Shown here: piece after piece, positions 36,215-49,384 of the stretch
How the letters are laid out: every line of letters starts with the position of its first letter
Numbering within the stretch: the first letter of the stretch is position 1
DNA from: Malacoraja senta
Taxonomy: Eukaryota
DNA: 64,000 nucleotides
Assembly: GCA_038087875.1 (NCBI GenBank)
Contig: CM075991.1
Coordinates: forward strand, 9,240,001 to 9,304,000
Direction of reading: 5' to 3'
Program-made: the position numbers and the translations under genes
Notes under the pieces: model-generated
Databases searched by the model: none
What the model was told of the DNA's origin: nothing
The model's input: the letters and a program-made list of their open reading frames with translations, nothing else

Positions 36215-37061
36215 AGCCCCTGTCCCACTTTCACGACCTAATTGGCGACTTCTGCCGAGTTTGCCCTTGACTCATACTCGCAGCATGGTCGCCACAAGAT
36301 TGTAGGAGGTCGTAGGAGGTCTTCGTAAACCCTTCCTCATGCTCGTGAGTGGTCTCCGCGTACTCGTGGCCTCAAGTAGGTCGCGGCGTTTTTTCCAGCC
36401 TGATAAAAAATGTCCACGAGTAAAAAAAAGGTTGGCATGGAAGAAATCGACACTTTTTACTCATAGGTAGGTCGTAGTAGGTCGTGATGGTAGGTCGTAG
36501 GTCGGTAACTGGCCCGAGAAAAAAAATGCAAACATGACATCATTTTATCATGATCATTTTCTACGAGGTCAAGGGGAGTCGTAGGAGGTCGTAGACATAG
36601 TCGTAGGAGGTCGTAGACATAGTCGTAGAAGGTCATAGACATAGTCGTAGGACGTCGTAGACATAGTCGTAGGAGGTCGTAGACATAGCTATAGGAGTTT
36701 GTAGATATAGTCGTAGGAGGTCGTAGACATAGTCGTAGAAGGTCGTAGACATAGTCGTAGGACGTCGTAGATATAGTCGTAGGACGTCGTAGACATAGTC
36801 GTAGGAGGTCGTAGACATAGTCGTAGGAGGTCGTAGACATAGTCGTAGGGGGTCGTAGACATAGTCGTAGGAGGTCATAGACATAGCTGTAGGAGGTCGT
36901 AGACATAGTCGTAAGTGGTCGTAGACATAGTCGTAAGAGGTCGTAGACATAGTCGTATGAGGTCGTTTACTTCGGCGAGTCAACACGACCTTGACATTTT
37001 TTTCAACTCGTCTAGGGTCTTCTAAACTCATGGATTAGGTCGTCCAAGTGGGACAGGCCCT
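36215..37061. mobile_element. Harbinger-type MITE family C with internal 22-bp tandem array
   Basis: TIRs AGCCCCTGTCCCAC / GTGGGACAGGCCCT; related to 41039-41606 in opposite orientation. Confidence 0.8.
36577..36966. repeat. 22-bp tandem repeat (agtcgtaggaggtcgtagacat), ~17-18 copies
   Basis: Direct inspection. Confidence 0.95.
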
Positions 37062-38086
37062 TTACTGAATGCGAGTTAATGTGTCCAAGGTATAAAACAA
37101 ACAAGGTGTTCATTCCAGCGATCCCCGTACACTAGCACCATCCCACACACTAGAGACAATTTACAAATTTTACCAAAGTCAATTAACCTACAAACCTGTA
37201 CAAAGGAGGAAGATGACTTCCATCACCATGAAGAATGCTGATTCTACTGTGGTGGATGTTTATGTTAAATTCTATTGTGTATTGTGTTCTCTTTACTTGT
37301 ATGGTTGTATGGTAACTCAAATATCCCCATAACCTCTGACACTTGTACTATCTATCTCTGCCTTAAAGTGGAAACATCCTCTCCACAACCACGCTATCGA
37401 GGCCTTTCACTATTCTAAGTGAGGGACTGAGGGGCCTACTGTCCTCCCAACCTACATCCAGCAGAAGCCAGGTCGATGAGAAGCTCTCTGGCTCGATTCC
37501 AAAGACCAATTGTCTGGGATTTTATTACCTTTGTTCTCTGACCAAAAAAGAAAAGCTGAGCAGTGTGGAGCGGTGCACCAGGTTCAAAGACGTTTGTCAG
37601 ACAAGGTTTGTCTGCTGACAAATAGCCTTCATTTCAGCAGGGAGCCTTGGCAAGGAGCACATAATTTTGATGAATGAGCTTCGTACTGCAAGGAATGAAG
37701 GAGTGACTGGGTATTATAAGCAAACAATTGCAACGATCTGCTGGGATTTTTTTTCAACTGTGATCGCAAAAACACGCATGTTGAATAAGCTCGAGACAAC
37801 CTCTACACTGTCCGAAGAGGGTAGATGCCGTGACACACAATGGCATTCAATTCTTTCACATCACCGTACAGAAGAAAGGTTGCACACAATGAAGTTCAGG
37901 ACATCAGCCTGGGATGATAATGGTGATTAATTCCGATTTTAAATGGTTTGTACGATGAAGCCAAGGGGACCTTTCGTGATTAACAGTAAATGCTAAATAA
38001 ACCAAAGAATGTTAACTTGACATTTAATTACACTGCATTCATTTTCCATTCTCTAAAAGGTGATGGAAGAACTCATATATTGCAGT

Positions 38087-38306
38087 GAAGATAGACACAA
38101 AATGCTGGAGTAACTCGGTGGGACAGGCAGCCTCTCTGGAGAGAAGGAATGGATGACGTTTCGAGTCAAGAGACTAGCCTGAAGAAGGGTCTCGACCTGA
38201 AACGTCACCCATTCCTTCTCTCCAGAGACGCTGCCTGTCCCGCTGAGTTACTCCAACATTTTGTGTCCAACTTCAGTATAAACCAGCGTCTGCGGTTCCT
38301 TCCTGC
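38087..38306. mobile_element. PLE inverted unit with hammerhead core at 38179
   Basis: Inverted arms; degenerate TSD tcatat.tt.cagt. Confidence 0.75.
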
Positions 38307-38746
38307 ACCTCCTTCATATTTTACAGTATCCGTTTGCTGCAAACTTGGATGCTCGAGGCAAGTCAAAGCGATATGGTTGTCCCACAAACCACAAGGGGGA
38401 ACCATTCCCAGCACAAAGTACTTACCCAACTGTTTTGAAACCTAAAGAGCGTTATGGAGACAGCACCGGAGGCCGGATTCGAACCTGGTTTGCCAGAGCC
38501 GTGAGGCAGCTGTTTGTAGCGTCACTTTGCAACTGAAACTTGCAACATGCTTATGGGGCTCAACAGGGCAGATGTAGAGTAAATGTTTCCCAGAACCAAG
38601 AATCACAATCTCAAAATATGTGCTCAAGTGTTTAATGGTGATATGTCCCAGATAGAACAATGAACTTGTTACTTGCAGCAGCACAACACAATATGTAAAC
38701 ATAGTACTCTGTAAACACTATAATAAACTAGAGAGAAAATAGTTCA

Positions 38747-39320
<574 letters not shown>

Positions 39321-39843
39321 ATATACAGTGTAGAAGATAGGCCCAAAAAGCTGGAGTAACTCAGCAGGACAGGCAGCATCTCTGGAGAGAAGGAATGGGT
39401 GACATTTCGGGTCGAGACCCTTCTTCAGACTGGTTAGGGATAAGGGAAACGAGGGATATAGGCGATGACGTAGAGAGATAAAGAACAATGAATGAAAGAT
39501 ATGCAAAAAAGTAAATATATATTTACATAACCACACGCACATACGTACATATAAAACGCATAATTATTGAGGACAGGGATGAGAAGAAATGTCTTCACCC
39601 AGACTACTTGCCCAGCACAGCAACCCTACCTACAGCAATGCCATTGAATTTGATTCAAAGCTTCAGTGAGTATTTTATCTACTTTAGCAACATTCGATTC
39701 TTTCCGCAGTATCTTAAGCATTGCTGCAGTCTGAGCTGCTCTCTCAAAGACCTGGGTTTAATCCCGATCTTTGATACTGCCTGTGTTGGAAGGAACTGCA
39801 GATGCAGATTTACACCAAAGATGGACACACAATGCAGGAGTCA

Positions 39844-40149
39844 TGGGGCTGTCCCACTGTACGAGCTAATTCAAGAGTTCTCCCGAGTTACCCCTGATTC
39901 GAACTCGGAGAATTATGATAATAGCCGCTCGTGGGTACTCGGGGCTCTAGTGGACATTTTTCAATATGTTGAAAAATCTGCACGAGTCTTCACGAGCTTA
40001 CCGCGTTTCCCGAGTACCTGCCGTTAGCGTTACGAGCCGCTAAGAGACTTCCAGAGCTCCGACGTACATTCTATGTGCTTACCACGAGTTTGATTTTTTT
40101 TTAAACTCGGTAGATCTCTTGAATTAGCTCGTACAGTGGGACAGCCCCT
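39844..40149. mobile_element. Harbinger-type MITE family A inside a PLE end
   Basis: TIRs GGGGCTGTCCCAC; TSD TCA/TAA; host reads ggag-TAA-ctc. Confidence 0.8.
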
Positions 40150-40589
40150 TAACTCTCGGGACAGGCAGCATCTCTGGAGAGAAGGGATGGGTCGAGACCC
40201 TTCTTCAGACCTAAGGCCTGTGTCTGAAGAAGGGTCTCGATCTGATACTGTCTGCATGGAGTCTGCAGGTTCAACCCGTGACTGTGTGGCTTTTCGTCAC
40301 GTTTCCTCCTCTCTTTCCAAAGACTGAGTCTGATGAAGAGAATGACGGAGGATGAAGGATGAATGAAGAGAATCAAGGAGATTGAAGCCGGTTACAATAG
40401 TATTAGAATCGACTGGTGATAATTATCCCTCGCACCATTGCTCCTGTGTATCAGAAGGATGACTTTATTGCTGTGAACATCTCTCAACTTTTGTGGTCTG
40501 ACCTGCCAGGATACCAGCTGGACATCAGGTCCTCCACATGGACAACTTGAGTTGGACCACCACGTCATGTGGCAGCCGTAGCTGTGCGT

Positions 40590-40886
40590 TTAATTTAGTT
40601 TAGTTTAGTTTAGAGATACAGCGCAGAAGCAGGCCCTTCGGCCCACCGGGTCTGTACCGACCAGCGATCCCAGCACACCAACACCTTCCTACACACACTG
40701 GGGACAATTTACAACGTTACACAAGCCAATTAGCCTACAAACCTGCACGTCTTTGGAGTGTGGGAGGAAACCGGAGCACCCGGAGAAAAACCCACGCAGG
40801 TCACGGGGAGAACGTACAAACACCAGACAGACAGCACCCATCTCTAGTGCTGTAGGGCAGCAACTCTAACGCTGCGCCACTGTGCC
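40590..40886 (-). mobile_element. V-SINE
   Basis: Matches family. Confidence 0.85.
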
Positions 40887-41038
40887 ATGCGGTATCAGAT
40901 CCTTCCCTGGGCCCCAGGTACTCTGAACAACTTTACTCTGCATTTAATGACGCCCTGTTTACCCTGCATGCTGCTCACATCAAGCTTATAATGGAAATTA
41001 GCCTCCCAGAAAACAGAGGTGAATTTCTACGGTTCACA

Positions 41039-41606
41039 AGGGGCTGTCCCACTTGGGTGACCTAATTGGCGAGTTTAGAAGAGTTTGAAAAAATGACATG
41101 TTGAAGACCTCCTTCGACTATGTAGAAGACCTCCTTCGACCTCCTTCGACTATGTTGAAGACCAGCTTCGACTAGCTACGACCAACTATGACTAACTTCG
41201 GGAAAATTTAACACCGAATAGTGGAGAGTGAAGACGACCTCCTTCGATCACCTTCAACCTCCCTTCGACTATGATAAAGACTATCTACGACTTAGAATAC
41301 CTTCGACTACCCTCGATTACTTACGACTAACATGCCGACCTACTACGACCTACTACGACTAAACCTACGAGTAAAAAATGTATCGATCTTTTCCATGGCG
41401 ACCATTTTTTATTCGCGGGCATTTTTTAACATATTGAAAAAAACGCCGCGACCCAGCTGAGGCCTCGAGTACGCGGAGACCACTCTCGAGCATGAAGGAG
41501 AGTTACGAAGACCTCCTACCACCTCGTGTCGACCATGCTGCGAGTATGAGTCGAGGGCAAACTCGCCAGAACTCACGGATTAAGTCGCGCAAGTGGGACA
41601 GGAACG
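41039..41606. mobile_element. Harbinger-type MITE family C
   Basis: AGGGGCTGTCCCAC...GTGGGACAGG; internal ccttcgacta / ctacgac subrepeats. Confidence 0.75.
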
Positions 41607-42442
41607 TTACACAGACCAGAGAAATCAGTTTCTTCCCATCTATTATCAGGCAACTAAACCATCCTCTCATCAGGTAGAGTGCAGTCCTGACCTTCCATCT
41701 AACTTAATGTAGACCTTTGAGCAATCTTTAATTGGACTTTATTGGACTTCAATGTTATGTCTTACACTAAATGTTGTGCCCTGTATTCGTTATCTTTGCA
41801 CTGTGGACAGCTTGATAGTATACATGTACAGTCTTTTCTTTGAAGATAGACACAAAATGCTGGAGTAACTCAGCGGGATAGGCAGCAGCATCTCTGGAGA
41901 GAAGGAATGGGCGACATTTCTTCAGAATATTCTTTGACTGGATAGCACACAAAGAAAAGCTTTTCTCTCTACCTCGGTACACATGACAATTATAAACTAA
42001 ACCAGAGTCTACTGTAGAATATATTACACTTGACTTTTTCACCTTGGACCTTACCTGGGCTTACCTTGATTGGGGGCGCTCTAGCATATTTCTAACATGT
42101 GAACCGGACTTTAGACTTTGGACATTGGGCTTTTCTTTGTCAACGGAACCAAATTATAGCCTTTAGGAAGGAACTGCAGATGCTGGTTTAAATCGAAGAG
42201 GCACAAAATGCTGGAGTAACTCAGCGGGACAGGCAGCAGCATCTCTGGAGAGAAGGAACGGGTGATGTTTCGGGTCGAGACTCTGACGAAGGGTCTGAAG
42301 AAGGGTCTCGACCCAAAACGTCACCCATACCATCTCTCCAGAGATGCGGCCTGTCCCACTGAGTTACTCCAGCATTTTGTGTCCACCAAAATATGGCGAC
42401 TGTGCATTTGTGGGTTGTGCAAAAGGAATTTCACAGTGCCGT

Positions 42443-42612
42443 CTTCTTGTCGAGTCCACACACAAGATTAGTAGTTGTTCAGCCAGAGCTGAACACACTT
42501 CTCGGCGTCTGCATGCAATGGTGTCTGTCCTGAGCTTCTTGTGCTTCTTGTGCGTGGTGGTGGAAAGATTGGTGGAAACATGGCCGCGACGTGAACGCTC
42601 TTTCCGTGACCC
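42443..42612 (-). mobile_element. Short non-autonomous retroelement with 5' HDV-like ribozyme, copy B (~170 nt, uninterrupted)
   Basis: Colinear with 17286-17599; tail ggactcgac-aagaag; imperfect TSD gtgc..t. Confidence 0.75.
42562..42612 (-). ncRNA. Minimal HDV-like ribozyme motif, copy B
   Basis: GGGTC-AC-GGAAAGA-GCG-TTCACGT-CGC-GGCCAT-G-TTTCCA-CCAA-TCTTTCC: P2 and P3 perfect; P1 one G short with one mismatch. Confidence 0.65.
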
Positions 42613-42782
42613 GTGCATTGAGAACCATTGAGCCATTGAACCATTTACCATTAACCACCATAAGTTCTTCCTGATAGATTTATAGCACATTAAGGTGTGG
42701 TAATCTTTAGCACCTTCTGTTGAATGGTTCAATGGCTCAATGGCTCAATGGTTCTTCTTAAGGTTCTTGTTAATGGTTCTTA

Positions 42783-43571
42783 AGCCCTTCGTAAATCCAT
42801 GCTGACTGGGACCGGTCCTGTTACTGCTATCTAAATGTGCGGCTATTTCATCTTTTATAATTGACTCCAGCATCTTCCCCACCACCGATGTCAGGCTAAC
42901 TGGTCTATAATTCCCTGTTTTCTCTCTCCCGCCTTTCTTAAAAAGTGGGATAACATTAGCTACCCTCCAATCCACAGGAACTGATCCTGAGTCCATAGAA
43001 CATTGGAAAATTTTCCTCCTAATAGATAAATTTGACCAATTCATAACGAGTTGGTCTCCATTTGTCGTCTTTTTGGAAACATATGGTGCAACACAAGTGT
43101 AAAAGCTAATCCGTGACTGGGTGAGGAATGGTCAAGATTATAAATACGATCTCCTTACTTCTCTTTTATTTTTCTTCTCTTTTCTTCTTTTACTCTTTTT
43201 CTTCTATTTTCTATTTCTTAACTTTCTTCTTTCACTCTCTATTTTTCTTTTTCACACACTATATATCTCACATTTTTCTATTCTTCATTATCTAACTTCT
43301 TTTTCTTTTTCTTCTTTATTACAAAATTAAAAAAATAAGAAGCTGTACATAAAATGTATTATGAAAATATGATTGTATACAATTGTACTTACTTCTAATA
43401 AAAATAAATTTAAAAAAATTAAAAAATAAAGAACATTGGAAAATTATCAGCTATGCATCCACGATTTCTAGAGCCACTTCCTGAAGTACCCTGGGATGCA
43501 GACCATCAGGCCCTGGGGATTTATCAGCCTTCAGTCCCATCAGTCTACCCAACACCATTTCCTGCCTCACG
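42783..43571 (-). mobile_element. Internal CR1 ORF2 fragment split by an L1 insertion
   Basis: VPVDWRVANVIPLFKKG..NYRPVSLTS..QHGFTKG; no 3' tail. Confidence 0.85.
43013..43429 (+). mobile_element. L1-clade LINE 3' end
   Basis: FLLIDKFDQFITSWSPFVVFLETY..*, T-rich UTR, aataaa + A-rich tail; 16-bp TSD agaacattggaaaatt at 42997-43012 and 43430-43445. Confidence 0.75.
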
Positions 43572-44537
43572 TGATAGATTTATAGAGCATTAAGGTGTGG
43601 TAATCTTTAGCACCTTCAGTTGATGTACAAAGGCAACTTTCTGCCTTGTATTTTTCTACTTAGGAATCTGTTGGATCAAACCACCTCTGGTCAGTGAATG
43701 AGTTACAAATTGTCTCTTGTTGGGACCAAATAGTTTGATTGTCTGCACTCACGTGTCAATTGGCGCAAGGTCTAACAAATAGCGGGGAGATTAAGCCCAG
43801 CGGGATGAGAGGAATAATTAATATTCATCATTGCGCTATCAGCTACCTGCTGTCTGGTTGCAGCAGAGACAGGCCATTATCTCTAATGGGCAGCCCAACA
43901 GTCCAGGAGATTCTCAGCCACCGTGAGTGAAAGCTGTGGTAATTAAATCAGAAAACCAGTCTCTAAACTCCCACCTTGATCGACAGATTTGATTAATTGT
44001 GAAGCTTCCTTTTTGTTTTATCTTCTGCTTGTCCTCGACTCAATCAGAGACGGAGAGAGAGATAAAGCCAGGATTATAGTCTGTCTCCTTTGCTCCAATT
44101 CTTAATATTTCTTTTTATGGCATGGAATAAAATTGTATAGGTTTTTAGAAACATAGAAAATAGGTGCAGGAGGAGGCCATTTGGCCCTTCAAGCCAGCAC
44201 TGCCATTCATTGTGATCATGGCTGTAAGTTACCCCTCAGTGTAGGATCTTAGGAATGACAGGGAGGTAGATGGGCATCTATGAGGGAGAATGGTTCAGCA
44301 TTTCATGCATCATCTGACCGGTAGCTGAATAAGATCGCCAACTACCCATGCATGGGGTAGTTAGGATTTCCAGGCCCAAGGCCGCCTCCAACGGGATTAA
44401 AGCTTTTTGTGCCTATCTTCAGTTTCAACCAGCACCTTCCTACACAACTAATCAAATGCTCATCCAGCTACAATAAGAGTTTGATAATCCAGTAACCAAA
44501 TCCAGCAACCTCAGAGCAGAACTGTGGTGACCGGAAC

Positions 44538-44792
44538 TGTCTATACTGAGTTTGTACATTCTCCCCGTGACCTGCGTGGGTTTTCTCCGAGATCATCGGT
44601 TTCCTCCCACACTCCAAAGACATACAGGTGTGTAGGTTAATTGGCTTGGTATTCATGTAAAAATTGTCCCTAGTGGGTGTAGGGTGGTGTTAATGTGCGG
44701 TGATCGCTGGGCCTGGTGTCGCGGACCCGGTGGGCCGAAGGGCCTGTTTCTGCGCTGTATATCTCTAAACTAAACTAAACTAAACTAAACTG
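44538..44792 (+). mobile_element. V-SINE, 5'-truncated
   Basis: V-domain and (taaac)n tail. Confidence 0.8.
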
Positions 44793-45066
44793 AACACGTC
44801 TGAGGCAAAGATCAGTTTCAAATTTGTTTCACAATATAGTTTGAGCTCATAGTTATTTTAATTGATGGAATAAATAGACACAGATCCAAGCAGGTTTGCT
44901 TTTTTTAATGTTAGTTTTGATGCCTCTTGTTAATGAGAACATTTTTTATTGTTGCGGCACTTATTAGAGTCAGTATTAATCCAATTAGCTCTGGAGCAAT
45001 TCTGTTAACTAGCAAATAGTTTGAAGGTGGAGCTCACCGCGACTGGGAACTGCGTAGCAGAAATGA

Positions 45067-45415
45067 TGTGCAGGAAGGAACTGCAGACGCTGGTTTAAAC
45101 TGAAGATGGGCACAAAAAAGCTGGATTAACTCGGCGGGACAGGCAGCATCTCCGGAGAGAAGGAATGGGTGATGTTTCGGGTCGAGTCTCGACCCGAAAC
45201 ATCACCCATTCCTTCTCTCCATGTTGAAAAATCTTCACAAGTCTTCCCGAGCTTACCGCGTCTCCTGAGTACCTGCCGTTAGCGTTACGAGCCGCTAAGA
45301 GACGCCCCGAGCTCCGACGTACCCGCTACGTACATTCTACGTGCTTCCACGAGTTTTTTGTTTTTTAAAACTCGGGAGAGCTCTTGAATTAGCTTGTACA
45401 GTGGGACAGGCCCCA
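45067..45415. mobile_element. PLE inverted unit fused to the right half of a family A MITE (45221-45415)
   Basis: MITE right TIR followed by TAA; left half deleted. Confidence 0.7.
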
Positions 45416-45681
45416 TAAAGGTGTCAATGGTTATGGTGGAGAAGACAGGAGAATGCGGATGAGAGGGAAAGATAGATCAGCCATGATTGAATGGTGGAAT
45501 GGGTTGAATGGCCTAATCCTGCTCCTTTGAATTATGGACCCTATGAAATGAAGAGTCGACATTTTGGGTTAGGATCCTTCACCTGGTATAAATGATACAG
45601 GCTCCCCACTAACTTATGTAGATAAAGATCTGGGTTGTCCTCAGATCCATGGTGGGCATCCATAAAGAAATTATGTGAATG

Positions 45682-46090
45682 GGGCGGCAGGGTGGCGCAG
45701 CGGTGGAGCTGTTGCCTTACTGCGCCAGTGACCCGTGTTCGATCCTGACTACTGTCCGTGCGGAGTTTGTACGTTCGTCCTGTGACCATGTGGGTTTTCT
45801 CCGGGTGCTCTGGTTTCCACCCACATTCCAAAGATGCACTGGTTTGTATTTTTAATTGGCTTTGGTAAAATTGTAAATTTCCCCTAGCGTGTTGGACAGT
45901 GCTAGTGCACGGGGTGGTCGCTGGTCGACGCGGAAGGAATAGATGATGAATGATACTTTACTGTCACCTGTGACAAGTCACAGTGTAATTCGTAGTCTTG
46001 CATACCCAAGGTATGCAAAGAGTGGTCACATAAAGGGCACCGACTCAGTGGGCCGAAGGGCCTGTTTCCATGCTGTATCTCTAAAGTCTA
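45682..46090 (+). mobile_element. V-SINE with a short LINE-tail insertion
   Basis: Matches family. Confidence 0.75.
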
Positions 46091-48511
46091 GAGTGAAGGA
46101 AGGGAACTCAGCCTGTGTGTGCCTTCGAACAGGATGGGAGGTGAATGATAATCAAAAACGTTCCGGTTAATTCCTTCTGTGATGGGCAGTAATCATGGCA
46201 CAAACTCTACCCACCATCTCAAGGTCTGTACCATCAACTTATTCATTAGTATCCCGCAATCATCAAAAGAGTCAAGATGATCGAAAGCGACAGAATGACA
46301 AGCAGAAAGTATTGTTTTCTGCCTGATTAGGTGTTTGCTTAGACAGAAGCTGCAGTGTCCTCATGTTAATGCTACTTTTACAAAGTTTGTCACTGACAGC
46401 TGCCTCGAGTTCAATGGCAGCATCGTTGTAATAAAAGCCAGCATACTGGGCCTGTACTCGCTGGAATTTAGAAGGATGACGGGAAGGGGGGGGTCCTCAT
46501 TGAAACTTACTGAATCATAAACGGTCTGGATTGACTGGATGTGGAGAGGATGTTTCCATGAGTGGGAGAGTCCAGGACCAGAGGTCACAGCCTCAGAATT
46601 AAAAGACGTTCTTTTAGGAAGGAGATGAGGAGGAATTTCTTTCGTCAGAGGGTGGGGAATCCATTGTCACAGAAGGCTGTGGATTCCATCTCTAGTTTCC
46701 CTCTCACCTGACGCTCAGTCTCAAGAAGGGTCTCGACCCGAAACGTCACCCATTCCTTATCTCCAGAAATGCTTTCCTGCTGTGTTAATCCAGCATTTTG
46801 TGTCTATTTACATTGTAAGCCAGCATCTGCAGTTCCTTCCCACACAGCTTTTGACTTCACTTCAGGCTTTAGAAATACAGCGTGGAAACAGGCCCTTCGG
46901 CCCACCGAGTCCGCGCCAACCAGCGATCCCCGTACACTAGGACTATCCAACAGACTAGGGACAATTTACAATTTACAATTTTACCAAGCCAATTAGTTTC
47001 CCAACCTGTACGTCCTTGGAGTGTTGAAAAAGACATATAGATATATATTGGGAACATACTGTAGGTCTCACTACACCAAGGCAGTCCATTCAGCCCAACA
47101 AGTCTATTCTAGTGTTTAGGTCAAATTCCAAACTGATTTAATTATAACACAACAAAAGACACAAAGTTCTGGAGTAAAGCAGCGGGCGAGGCAGCATCTC
47201 TGGAGAACATGGATAGGTGACAATTCAGGTTGGGACTCTTCTTCAGACTCACATACCAATTGAGCAAGAGAGCAGCAGGAATCACAGAATGGGAGCAGTG
47301 AGAGAGGTTCTCACACACAACCTTCAGAGGAAGAGAAGCTTTAAGTAGGCATACCTTGAGGAGATTACGCAGTGGAGCGTTCAAAATGTAGAAACAAGGA
47401 ACTGTTTCTAAGGTGCTGGTTTATTAAAAAAACACAAAGTGCTGGAATAACTCTCAGCGGGTCAGGCAGCATCTGGGGAGAACATGGATAGGTGATGTTT
47501 TGGGCCATGAACCTTCTTCAGATCCTTCATTATACCCTGTTGCTTTGATTTTAATGAGAGTTCAACTACGAGCTGCCGGAGGAGGTAGTTGAGGCTGGTA
47601 CGACCACAAGGTTTAAGAAACATTTGGACAGTGGAGGTGAAGTGGAAGATTCTTTGCCACAGAAGGCTGTGGAGGCAGAGTCAGTGGATATATTTCAGGC
47701 AGAGATAGATAGATTTTTGATTAGTACAGGTGTCAGAGGTTATATGGAGAAGGCAGGAGAAGGGAGAGATAGCTCCGCTATGATTGAATGGCAGAGTAGA
47801 CTTGATGGGCTGAATGGCCTAATTCTGCTCCTATCACTTATGACCTTATGGCCTTATAATTAAAGGACATTGAGCTTGCCACCATGAAAAAAACCTCTTA
47901 TCTTTAATGCTACATCAGCTCAACAGTTTCAATCGACACTTCCACAGTGAGGGCCAAAAGATGATTAGCCACAGAGTGGAGTGTGTGTAAGGTGCAGATC
48001 GTCTATCAAAAGAAACCTCTGACAAACCTGCCCTCATGACTGCACTAACTGCTTCCATTAGAGAGATTGGACATCGACGCATGGTTTTCATAGCAAGCAG
48101 ATGAGAATTTTATTAAGCATCGCATTAGCATTTGCGGAATAATGCATGAATGGTAAATCTTGCTCCAATTGCTTGGTTGCCGAGATTGACTGGGAGGTCA
48201 GTAATGTGAAACAGTGGGAGGCAGCAGGAAGGAATAATAAATTAGCTTTGGTAGTTGCAAAGAGCATTAGCTAATTCCAGGTAACTTCATTCATTACAAT
48301 GATAACCGCTGTGAGTTAGTACGCGAACATCCAACTCAGTGGACACTGATTGATGGTTCAACTGTGCTTCTTAAGAGCTTGCTGGTAGAGTGCTGGAATT
48401 GGCTGATAGGCATCTTAAAGTGCCTTTTCATGACCTACCTGGGGAATGCCAATTGGACCATCCATCCCTGACTCCCTCACTCTCTCAACAATTCCACAAT
48501 CACACGTAATT

Positions 48512-48583
48512 GGAGGTGTAGCTCAGTGGTCGAGCATTTGACTGCAGGTCAAGATGTCCCTGGTTCAAATCTAGGTGTCCCCT
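48512..48583 (+). tRNA. tRNA-Cys(GCA), probably a pseudogene
   Basis: 72-nt match to vertebrate tRNA-Cys; D, anticodon and T arms fold; acceptor stem GGAGGTG/TGTCCCC has an A-C mismatch and three G.U pairs; no T4 terminator immediately downstream. Confidence 0.8.
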
Positions 48584-48597
48584 TATCAACTTTCTAA

Positions 48598-49070
48598 GGG
48601 CAGCACAGTGGCACAGCGGTAGATTTTCTGCCTTACAGCACCAGAAACCCGGTTTCAATCCTGACTACGGGTGCTATCTGTACGGAGTTTGTATGTTTTC
48701 CCTGTGACCGCGTGGGTTTTCCCCAGTTTCCTCCCGCACTCCAAAGCCATACAGGTCTGTAGGTTAATTTAGTTTTAGAAAAAAGAGTAAATCATCCCGA
48801 GTGTGTAGGCTAGTGCTGGTGTACAGGGTCATAGAGTCATATAGCAAGGAAACAGGCCCTTTGGCCCAACTCACCCACGTCGACCAACGTGCCCCATCTA
48901 AACTAGTCCCATCTGCCTGAATTTGGCCCATATCCCTCTAAACCTACCATATCAATGTACCTGTCTAAATGCTTTTCAAACGTTGCAGTAGTATCTACAC
49001 TGCGGGTGATCGCTGGTTAGACTCGGTGAGCCAAAGGGCCTGTTTCCATGCTGTATATCTAAAGTCTAAA
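48598..49070 (+). mobile_element. V-SINE interrupted by a minus-strand CR1 tail
   Basis: SINE resumes at ~49000. Confidence 0.75.
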
Positions 49071-49384
49071 GACCAGGTTTCGGTGCATCTTGCTGCCAGC
49101 TTTAGCAAGTCTGCACCTTCTTGGTTGCTGGTGGCAAGCGACGGTCTTTTGGAAGGCGGGCACGGGCAGTTGGCACCTGGAGCTCCCAGTGAGACCCCCT
49201 GGTCCCTGCTTGTGAAGTGGCTGCTCTCTCTACTGCAGGACTGGAGGCTCGGGATAGAGAGCGGAGTGAGCGGAAAACGTAATCAAGATCCCAAACCCTC
49301 GAGCAAAGTCCCAAGCACCAAAATAAATGTCCGATGCAAAAGGAACGAGTGCTGGAGTCTCTCGTGTTAGGTAAGGTAAACCAT

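Noticed and set aside
36457..37031. CRISPR-like regular array and repetitive ORFs
   Set aside because: Contiguous 22-bp tandem units with no unique spacers, inside a eukaryotic MITE; no cas genes
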